A stretch of 32,000 nucleotides of DNA. Source: Raphidiopsis brookii D9. GTDB lineage: Bacteria; Cyanobacteriota; Cyanobacteriia; Cyanobacteriales; Nostocaceae. Below the pieces are notes generated by a model that ran no database searches, was not told where the DNA came from, and saw only the letters and a list, made by a program, of their open reading frames with translations. The number at the start of each line of letters is the position of its first letter. Within the stretch, counting starts at the first letter, position 1. The stretch spans positions 60,001-92,000 of the forward strand of contig ACYB01000007.1 of assembly GCA_000175855.1 (NCBI GenBank), in the 5' to 3' direction. This document shows positions 11,694-21,163 of the stretch, piece by piece. The position numbers were made by a program, and so were the translations under genes.

Positions 11694-14600
11694 ATGACAG
11701 AAAAAATGATTTTCCGTAACCTTGTTGTCAACAAAGGTCAATTAAGAAACTTAATTTCCTGGGCATTTACCCACTATGGTACAGCCCGGACAGCTGTGAT
11801 GGCAGATAAACTAAAAGACCTAGGATTCCGGTTTGCGACCAAAGCCGGTGTATCCATTAGTGTAGACGATTTAATGGTTCCTCCCTCTAAAAAGTCCCTT
11901 TTACAGGCGGCTGAGGCGGAAATCTTGAGTACAGAGGCAAAATTTAAGCGTGGTGAAATTACGGAAGTAGAGCGATTCCAAAAAGTAATTGATACATGGA
12001 ATAGTACCTCTGAAAATCTCAAAGACGAAGTAGTTAATCACTTTAAAACTACAAATCCTCTTAATTCAGTTTATATGATGGCCTTTTCTGGAGCCAGAGG
12101 AAACATATCCCAAGTGAGACAATTAGTGGGAATGCGGGGACTAATGGCAGATCCCCAGGGAGAAATTATTGACTTGCCAATTAAGACCAATTTTCGGGAA
12201 GGCCTAACAGTTACCGAGTACATTATCTCCAGTTATGGTGCGAGAAAGGGATTAGTAGACACAGCACTACGAACCGCTGACTCAGGTTATTTAACCCGAC
12301 GATTAGTGGATGTTTCCCAAGACGTGATTATTAGGGAAGTAGACTGTGGAACCCTAAGAGGTGTACCCGTACGGGACATGACAGAAGGGGCAAAAGTATT
12401 AATTCCCCTAGGGACAAGACTACTAGGGAGGGTTGTAGCTAAAGATATTATTAATCCCACAACTGGGGAGATTCTGGCAACCCGGAATACACCGATTTCC
12501 GACGAACTAGCAGCGGAAATCCACAAAGCGGGAGTAAAAGAAGTATTGGTAAGATCACCATTAACCTGTGAAGCTGCCCGTTCCGTATGTCAACATTGCT
12601 ACGGGTGGAGCCTGGCATACGCCAAAATGGTGGATTTGGGCGAAGCAGTGGGAATTATTGCAGCTCAAAGTATTGGGGAACCCGGAACTCAATTAACCAT
12701 GCGGACCTTCCATACTGGTGGGGTATTTACAGGAGAAGTTGCCCAACAGGTAAGAGCCAAAATCCCAGGAACCATCAAATTTTCCCGCAGCTTAAAGACC
12801 CGTCCCTATCGGACTCGTCATGGAGAAGATGCTTTATATGCTGAAACCAACGGCAATTTAATCCTCGAAAGTCCCACCCAGGATCATCAAGAAATTTCTG
12901 TGACCCAGGGTTCCACACTATATATTGTCCCAGGTCAAAAGGTTGAGGTGTCAGAATTGCTGGCCGAAGTAGCTTTAGGAGGTAAAACCACTAAAGCTAA
13001 TACAGAAAAAGCAGTAAAAGATGTGGCTTCTGATTTGGCGGGTGAAGTAGTATTTGCTGATGTTTTAGCTGAACAAAAAACTGACCGTCAGGGAAACACC
13101 ACCACAACAGCAACAAGAGGTGGTTTGATTTGGATTTTGTCGGGAGAAGTTTATAATTTACTCCCCGGTGCAGAATTGGTAGTCAAAAATGGAGATAAGA
13201 TTACTACTAATGGAGTGTTGGCAGAGACTAGACTCAATACCGTACATGGAGGAGTGGTTCGCCTACCTGAACCCATTCCTGGTCGTCCCACCAGAGAAAT
13301 TGAAATCATTACAGCTTCTGTAATTTTAGACCAAGCAACAGTCACAGTTCATAGTTCTCAAGGGAAAAATAATTATTTGATTCATACTGGTCCAAGACAC
13401 CAGGAAGAAATCTCCAAAGAGAATATCAGTGAGGGATCTTTCCCATCCCAAACATTTAATCTCAGGGCCACACCCGGAACCAAAGTACAAAATGGTCAAG
13501 TTGTGGCTGAATTGATTGACGATAGATATCGCACTACCACGGGAGGAATGTTGAAATTTGCCGGAATTGAAGTCCAGAAAAAAGGCAAGGCTAAACTCGG
13601 TTATGAGGTGGTAAGTGGGGGACTTTGTTGTGGATACCTGAAGAAACCCACGAAGTGAATAAGGATATTTCTCTACTTTTAGTAGAAGATGGACAATTTG
13701 TGGAAGCAAGCACAGAAGTAGTTAAAGATATATTCTGTCAAACCAGTGGAGTGGTGGAAATTACCCAAAAAAACGACATTCTGAGGGAGATAGTCATTAA
13801 ACCCGGCGAACTTTTGATGGTAGATGATCCAGAAGCAGTGCTGGGGAGAGATAATACCTTTATTCACCCCCAAGAGGAGTTACTAGGGACTACTGTAACG
13901 GAAATGCGTTACATTCAATATGTGGAATCTCCCGAAGGACCAGCTCTTTTGAGTCGTCCTGTGGTGGAATTTCAGGTCTCATCCCACCCCAATTTACCTT
14001 CCACTACTTCTGTTAGTCAACAAACCGGAAGGTCGATACAATTAAGAGCAGTACAGCGGTTACCATACAAAGATGGGGAGCGCGTGAAAGCTGTAGATGG
14101 GGTTGAATTGCTCAGAACCCAACTAGTATTAGAGATTGAACAGGAGGGAGAGCAAGACCATGCTTCTCCTTTAGCAGCAGATATTGAATTAGTCCCTGAT
14201 AGTGAAAACTCTGAGATTCAACGTCTGCAATTAGTGATTTTGGAATCTCTATCACTGAGGCGAGATATGGCAGCTGATGCCACCCAAGGTAGCACCCATA
14301 CCACTTTAGAGGTAGAAGATGGTATTACCATTCCACCTGGATCAGTAGTAGCAAGAACTCAGATCCTTTCCAAGGAAGGAGGAATCATACGAGGGGTAAG
14401 ACCGGGTGCAGAAGCAGTTCGACGCTGTCTTATCCTCAGAGATACTGATATGATTGTCGTTAAGACAAATCTTCCACCTACTGTGAAAAAGGGAGATCTA
14501 TTGGTACAAGGCACGGAAATTGCTCCAGGAATAACAGCTCCTGTTTCTGGACAGTTGGTAGATATTAGTCATCAATTACCCCCCAACAACAATCAACAAG

Positions 14601-15835
14601 AACAGCTGGTAGAAGCAGCATACTCCTTGAAAATTCGCACAGGTCGTCCCTATCGGGTTAGTCCAGGAGCAGTCTTACAAATAGAAGACGGTGGATTGGT
14701 ACAAAGGGGAGATAATTTAGTTCTATTGGTGTTTGAACGCGCAAAAACAGGAGATATTATCCAAGGGTTGCCAAGAATTGAAGAATTGTTGGAAGCTCGT
14801 AAACCCAAAGAAGCATGTATTTTATCCCGTCGTTCTGGGGAAGTAAAAGTAGTTTATGGGGAAGGGGATGAAAACCTGGTCAGTCGGGAAGCATATTCAG
14901 TTAAGGTTGTAGAATCTGATGGTGTGGTAATAGACTATCCTTTAGGACCAGGACAGAATTTAATCGTTCCCGATGGTGCGATGGTAGAAGCTGGTCAACC
15001 ATTAACTGATGGACCTTCTAACCCCCATGAAATTTTAGAAATCTTCTTCAGTTTGGGGTCTGAGGATGGCCTTTACGCTTGTGCTAGTCATGCTCTACAA
15101 AAAGTGCAAAGCTTTTTAGTGAATGAGGTACAAATGGTATACCAGTCTCAGGGAATTGACATTGCAGACAAACACATTGAAGTCATAGTCCGACAAATGA
15201 CTAACAAAGTGCGTATTGATGATGGTGGTGATACCATTATGTTACCTGGAGAACTAGTTGAATTAAAACAGGTAGAGCAGGTAAATGAGGCTATGTCAAT
15301 TACCGGGGGGGCTAGAGCTCAGTACACACCAGTATTGCTGGGTATAACAAAAGCATCATTAAATACGGATAGTTTTATTTCTGCAGCTTCCTTCCAAGAA
15401 ACCACAAGGGTGTTGACAGAAGCAGCTATTGAGGGTAAATCTGACTGGTTAAGAGGACTCAAAGAGAACGTTATCATAGGAAGATTGATTCCCGCTGGTA
15501 CTGGTTATAACACTTATGAAGAGGTAGGAGCAATTGAGGACTATGGTACAGATGTGGCTACGGGTGTCTTAGATGAGGTAGATGATCCATTGGATATCGT
15601 TTTAGATGACCGAACCGCCAAGCTGTATAGTTTGGATAACTCTGGACTAGATGGCACTTATGATGATAGCTATGATCACGATAACACCTATGGTAGTAAC
15701 CATAGTACGGTTTTAGAGGATGAAGATGAGGATCTAATTACCGATGAAGTAATTACAGGTGTAGATGAAGATGAAGATGAGGATGATTACGAAGACGAGG
15801 ATGAAGATGATTTTGATATAGATGTAGATCTGTAA
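11694..15835 (+). CDS. rpoC2: DNA-directed RNA polymerase subunit beta' (RpoC2), split into two ORFs by an apparent 1-nt deletion
   Basis: ORF 11694..13658 is the N-terminal part and 13625..15835 the C-terminal part. Adding one G to the G5 run at 13617-13621 gives [32 protein letters not shown], continuous with cyanobacterial RpoC2. Confidence 0.95.
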
Positions 15836-15898
15836 TCATTGATGTTTAACCATTTGGGGGAGTCATTTCCCCTTTTCTTTCTCCATCCCTAGAGTAAT

Positions 15899-16429
15899 AT
15901 GAATTCCAACCTAGAAAATTTAGAGTTTATTGACTATATTGACCACAGTGGTGAATTACCCATACAACTTGAAGGTAAGATAGGTGTTTATGCAATTTTT
16001 AATCAGGAAAAAATTTTGCAATTCATTGGTTATTCCCGTGATGTTTATCTCAGTTGTAAGCAACATTTAGTTCGTCAACCCCATAAATGTTATTGGTTAA
16101 AAGTCCACACTATTGAACGTCCTGACCGAAAAATTCTGTCGGAGATTGAAAATAGCTGGATTGCCCAAAATGGTAGTCTACCACCGGGCAATGGTGAGAA
16201 TAAGCAAATATGGACTAATGCCATTAATGTTCAAGAGTTAATGACTGATACAGAAAAAGAGGATTATCAAAATCCATTAATTGATGATTTAGCTAAGACT
16301 AAAGTGTTAAAGAATGTATCACGTCGATTAGAGTCAGAAATATTAGAAGTGTTGAGAGCAAGGGGGTTGAAAACTCAAATTCGCTTTAACCCGAAGTTGA
16401 AAGAGGAGGGTTTACTGGATTTAAAATAA
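15899..16429 (+). CDS. GIY-YIG nuclease-like domain protein
   Basis: GKIGVYAIFNQEKILQFIGYSRDVYLSCKQHL resembles the GIY-YIG core with conservative GVY/FIG substitutions. Confidence 0.65.
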   Translation: MNSNLENLEFIDYIDHSGELPIQLEGKIGVYAIFNQEKILQFIGYSRDVYLSCKQHLVRQPHKCYWLKVHTIERPDRKILSEIENSWIAQNGSLPPGNGENKQIWTNAINVQELMTDTEKEDYQNPLIDDLAKTKVLKNVSRRLESEILEVLRARGLKTQIRFNPKLKEEGLLDLK

Positions 16430-16551
16430 CCTCACCTCCAGATGGTAGTATAATCCGAATTATAATTTAGAGGAGTTCCCTACCCAGGAAAAGACCTCTC
16501 TAGTCCAAAATGAATCATCATATATTACCTTAAACAGTCAAACAGATAACC

Positions 16552-18513
16552 ATGCTAGAACAAGGTACTATCAGTATACACACTGAGAATATTTTCCCCA
16601 TTATCAAGAAATCTCTCTATTCGGATCATCAAATATTCCTGCGCGAACTCATATCTAACGCGGTAGATGCGATCCAAAAAATCAAAATGGTCTCCCGTGC
16701 TGGGGAGTATGATGGAGATATGGGGGAACCGGAAATTACCATTGCCATTGACAAGGAGAAGAAAACCCTTTCCATCTCTGATAATGGTATTGGGATGACT
16801 GGGGAAGAAGTAAAAAAATATATTAACCAAGTAGCTTTCTCCAGTGCAGAAGAGTTTATTCATAAGTATGAAGGAAAAGCAGATCAACCAATTATTGGTC
16901 ATTTCGGTTTAGGTTTCTATTCTTCTTTTATGGTGGCTACAAGGGTTGAAATAGATACCCTTTCTTACAAAGAGGGTTCGCAAGCAGTACATTGGAGTTG
17001 TGATGGTTCACCAGAATTTACTTTAGATCAATCTTCTCGTCACAGTCGTGGTACAACGGTCACTTTAACGTTAATGCCCGATGAAGAAGATTATTTAGAG
17101 ACAGCCAGAATTAAAAATTTGGTCAAAACCTATTGTGATTTTATGCCAGTTCCCATCAAACTAGATGGAGAGGTGTTAAATAAACAAAAAGCACCCTGGC
17201 GAGAATCTCCCAGCACTTTGACCCAGGAAGATTATTTGGAGTTTTACCGCTACCTTTATCCCTTTCAGGAAGAACCTTTATTGTGGGTTCATTTGAACAC
17301 GGATTATCCATTTATTATTAATGGAATTTTGTATTTCCCTAAAATGCGTCCTGATGTGGATGTAACTAAGGGACAAACTAAGTTGTTCTGTAATCAAGTT
17401 TTCGTCAGCGATAATTGTGATGAAATTATTCCCCAATTTTTGATTCCTATGCGGGGTGTTATTGATAGTACGGATATTCCTTTGAACGTTTCTCGCAGTG
17501 CATTGCAAGGCGATCGCACGGTGAGGAAAATAGGAGATTATATCGCTAAAAAGGTGGGTGATAGACTAAAGGAACTCTATAGGAGCGATCGGGAACAATA
17601 TATCAAAGCTTGGAAGGACTTAGGGACTTTTGTTAAGTTTGGAGTTCTCAATGACGAGAAATTTAAAAAACAAGTGGAAGATATAATTGTTTTCCGAACT
17701 ACTGCTAAATTCACTGAAAGTCCCGCCCATGAACCAACAGTTGAGGTGCAGTCAGCGGAGGGTGATATTTGGCAAGATGTGAATAAGAGCAACACCAATA
17801 CCTTGCCCTACACCACCCTGAAGGAATATCTGGAGCGGAACAAAGAGCGTCAGGAAAATAAGGTATTTTATAGCACTGATGAAGCTAGCCAAGCTACATA
17901 TATAGAGCTACACAAAAATCAAGGTTTAGAAGTTCTATTTATGGACTCGTTCATTGATACTCACTTTATTAATTTTCTAGAAAGGGAATATCAGGATGTT
18001 AAATTTACTAGGGTAGATTCTGACCTAGATAACACATTATTAGATGATAAATCGGGGGAAATTGTAGACCCAACAACACAGAAAACCAAGAGTGAAACCA
18101 TCAAGGAGTTATTTGAGAAATCCCTCAACAAACCCAAGGTAAATATTCGCACTGAAGCCTTGAAATCCGATGATCCTCAAGGAACACCACCAGCAGTAGT
18201 GTTATTACCAGAAATTCTTCGTCGTCTGCGGGAAATGAATGCCATGATGCAACAACAAAATGCCGATTTTCCTGAAGATCACATTTTGTTGGTGAATACG
18301 GCCCATCCTTTGATTCAAAACCTAGTTAGCTTGAATCAGGGCACTATTATTCAAGACGGGGGTGAATCACCAACAGGAAAATTGGTGAAAATGATTTGTC
18401 AGCACGTTTATGATTTAGCATTAATGTCTCAAAAGGGCTTTGATGCAGAGGGGATGAAGTCTTTTGTTGAACGTTCTAACGAGGTGTTAACTAAGTTAAC
18501 TTCAGCAAGTTAA
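16552..18513 (+). CDS. htpG: Molecular chaperone HtpG (Hsp90)
   Basis: Full-length with ELISNAVDAIQKIK, ISDNGIGMTGEEV, IGHFGLGFYSSFMVA, GVIDSTDIPLNVSR. Confidence 0.97.
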   Translation: MLEQGTISIHTENIFPIIKKSLYSDHQIFLRELISNAVDAIQKIKMVSRAGEYDGDMGEPEITIAIDKEKKTLSISDNGIGMTGEEVKKYINQVAFSSAEEFIHKYEGKADQPIIGHFGLGFYSSFMVATRVEIDTLSYKEGSQAVHWSCDGSPEFTLDQSSRHSRGTTVTLTLMPDEEDYLETARIKNLVKTYCDFMPVPIKLDGEVLNKQKAPWRESPSTLTQEDYLEFYRYLYPFQEEPLLWVHLNTDYPFIINGILYFPKMRPDVDVTKGQTKLFCNQVFVSDNCDEIIPQFLIPMRGVIDSTDIPLNVSRSALQGDRTVRKIGDYIAKKVGDRLKELYRSDREQYIKAWKDLGTFVKFGVLNDEKFKKQVEDIIVFRTTAKFTESPAHEPTVEVQSAEGDIWQDVNKSNTNTLPYTTLKEYLERNKERQENKVFYSTDEASQATYIELHKNQGLEVLFMDSFIDTHFINFLEREYQDVKFTRVDSDLDNTLLDDKSGEIVDPTTQKTKSETIKELFEKSLNKPKVNIRTEALKSDDPQGTPPAVVLLPEILRRLREMNAMMQQQNADFPEDHILLVNTAHPLIQNLVSLNQGTIIQDGGESPTGKLVKMICQHVYDLALMSQKGFDAEGMKSFVERSNEVLTKLTSAS

Positions 18514-18802
18514 ATAGTCCCCCAGGGACTGCTATCATGGAATGCAACCCTGCTAACTGAATTGCAAACACAGTTCAAACACAATTGGAAATGTTTAAAA
18601 TTCCTCAATTTTTGGGCAAAAGGTTGACATTCTGGGAATTTCTGTTTAGTATAGTATGGTACACAATTGCCCGCAAAACCTAAACCATTGAAAGGCCACG
18701 AGGAAAAATCAAAGCGTGTTTAGGCTAAGGGTATAAGTTACCAGTAATTTTCGAGGTTTGAGCAATAGCTCACCGATAACCATAAAGAGAGGACTTGAAA
18801 AC

Positions 18803-19399
18803 ATGGCATTTACACAGCTTCCCTTACCATACGACTTTAACGCTTTAGAAAGTTACGGCATGAAGGCTGAAACCTTTGAATACCACTATGGTAAGCATCA
18901 CAAAGCATATGTAGACAACCTAAACAAGCTAACTGAAGGTACAGATTTGGCGGATAAGTCTCTGGAAGAAGTAATCCAAATTTCCTTCAAAGACCCATCT
19001 AAAGCTGGAATTTTCAACAATGCAGCACAGGTTTGGAACCATACTTTCTTTTGGAATTCGCTCAAACCCGCAGGTGGCGGTGTCCCTACCGGAGCATTAG
19101 CAGACAAAATCAGTCAAGACTTTGGCAGCTTTGACAAGTTCAAAGAGGAATTTTCCACAGCAGCAGCAACCCAATTTGGTAGTGGTTGGGCTTGGTTAGT
19201 TGATGATGGTGGCACACTCAAAGTAGTCAAAACGCCGAATGCTGAGAACCCTTTAGTTCACGGTAAAAAACCACTCCTAACCCTTGACGTGTGGGAGCAC
19301 GCTTATTATATAGACTTTAAAAATGCGCGTCCCGCATTCATCAAAAATTTCTTAGACAATTTAGCCAACTGGGAATTTGTAGCAGCGAATTTAGGTTAA
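18803..19399 (+). CDS. sodB: Superoxide dismutase [Fe]
   Basis: MAFTQLPLPYDFNALESYGMKAETFEYHYGKHHKAYVDNLN...NHTFFWNSL...FGSGWAWL...DVWEHAYYIDFKNARPAFIK. The start is the ATG at 18803. Confidence 0.95.
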   Translation: MAFTQLPLPYDFNALESYGMKAETFEYHYGKHHKAYVDNLNKLTEGTDLADKSLEEVIQISFKDPSKAGIFNNAAQVWNHTFFWNSLKPAGGGVPTGALADKISQDFGSFDKFKEEFSTAAATQFGSGWAWLVDDGGTLKVVKTPNAENPLVHGKKPLLTLDVWEHAYYIDFKNARPAFIKNFLDNLANWEFVAANLG

Positions 19400-19478
19400 A
19401 TGTGAAAGCAAAAATAAAACATTCAAGGTTTTAAGCGATTAAACTACAGCTTTAGCCAGAACGTGATAGACAGGGGAG

Positions 19479-19498
19479 CCAGGGAATTAATTCCCTGG
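19479..19498. other. Perfect 20-bp palindrome CCAGGGAATTAATTCCCTGG
   Basis: Read directly from the sequence. It lies in the spacer between the convergent sodB and CRISPR operon. Confidence 0.9.
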
Positions 19499-19637
19499 TT
19501 CAAAGCTAAAGTTGGTTTTCAACCGACTAGTTTTGTTGGTGGGGGATTGTGGGTTAACCTGCATTATTCATGAAGCTAAAAATAGGCAAAACAAAACCTA
19601 ACATTTATCCCCCAATTTGTGAGCGATCGCCTAATTA

Positions 19638-21163
19638 TTAACTTGCATCTTCTAAGTATTGTAGTCCCCACTGATATAAAGAACGCATTAATAAATTGTT
19701 GAAATTGGGGGGAGTGCCAATTTCTCTTAGTGTCTGCATCATTAAGTTTTTAATGATTGTTGATGTTGTTGGTATTTTAACTCCATCAAAGTTGTTATTA
19801 GCCCAAAGATAACCGACCTGTTTGGCATCTATTGATTCACCATCATGAATAATTTTATTGCGTTTTTTTCTAATATCACTCATTAAGTTTGACCATTTTT
19901 TATCTTCTTTAAATCTACTATATGAACACCACCCTTGCATCAATTCTGCCAGTGTTGGTTCATCTTTATCTTTGGGTATCCAACCTTTGGTATACCATTT
20001 CTTATTAATAGATTCCAGATATAATAATTGTTCTAAAATCTGTACAAACTGAATGAATGCTATGGTATAATTTCCCTATTTAATGTTAGTTCTAAGATTA
20101 AAATAGACTCCCATAAATTAGTAATTTTGTCATTCTGTAATCTTTGTAATTGGGTTTTCCAGGTTTCAACCTGTTCTGCATCAACTAGTTTTGATATATC
20201 ATTAGAACTCACCCAATCTTTGAGATTTCGATAAAATTCTTTGCTATATTCCCAGTTACTATATTTCGCTAGAAAACCAGCTAATTTATGTAATACTGGA
20301 TGACGATGTTGATGGACTTTTAGCCAAATTTGTGCTTCTGAAAAATCCCCTCTTTGCCAAGACGATTTTATCTTGACTTTTTCTAACGCCCAAAAATATT
20401 CGCCCATCGTAATCAGTTGAAAATTTTGGGAATGATTAGCAGTAACTAAACCATTTTCTAAAGTAGTAAAAAATTCCTTTGGTTCATCGGGAGTAGCATT
20501 AAATACTTGATATTGACGTACTAAAGCGGCCGCACAAATTTCTACATTAGAAGCAATTACGGGAGTACATCCTTTAGTTTGAATCCAGAGAACAAACTCT
20601 TGATTTTTGTTAGCACTGATAGCTTCTTTTAAAACCAGTTGTTCTAATTCTTCTCGAATTTCATCACTATTACCAGCATTAATTTTTGGGGCGTGAACAT
20701 CAACTCTAATATCAGGAAATAAACTTTTAATTTTTCCTTTCATTAATTCTGCTAACCATAAGGTATCTAATCGGCGAAAGTTCCAAGTAATAGTTTCTGG
20801 TTGGTCTGTTCCCCATAGAATAATATGTTTTAAGCCTTGTTTTACTCCTCCTTCAATGACAGTTTTATCTAGTAATAATTCAACATTACTAAAATCACCG
20901 CCTAACCATTCTTGACAGTAATCATAATATCTTTGACCTAAATCTCGACCACTCCAGGGATAGGTTTTACCATCTTGGTCTTGATGTTTACCCCGTTCTA
21001 TTCCTATTTGTTGATAGAGTTCGTTGATATGTGGAGGATAGCTAATATTACCATCTGCACCAAAGGAACGAATAATACCGTCTTTGCAACGCCAACCTAT
21101 TTGTCGAGTTCCTACGGTGATGATAAGGGTGCTAACTTTATCTGTATTATTGGTTATTTTCAT
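19638..21163 (-). CDS. Csx1/Csm6-like CRISPR ancillary protein: CARF-like N-terminus plus HEPN C-terminus, split by an apparent 1-nt frameshift
   Basis: The 367-aa ORF begins STLIITVGTRQIGWR and has LKHIILWGTDQP, consistent with a CARF/Rossmann fold. Adding 1 nt near 20074 yields ...LTLNRGNYTIAFIQFVQILEQLLYLESINKKWYTKGWIPKDKDEPTLAELMQGWCSYSRFKEDKKW...RKKRNKIIHDG, joining the 101-aa ORF 19638..19943. RNKIIH fits the HEPN R-x4-H motif. The start overlaps the upstream cmr stop by 4 nt (ATGA). Confidence 0.75.
19845..19862 (-). other. Candidate HEPN RNase catalytic motif RNKIIH (R-x4-H)
   Basis: Encoded within the ORF 19638..19943. Confidence 0.65.
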
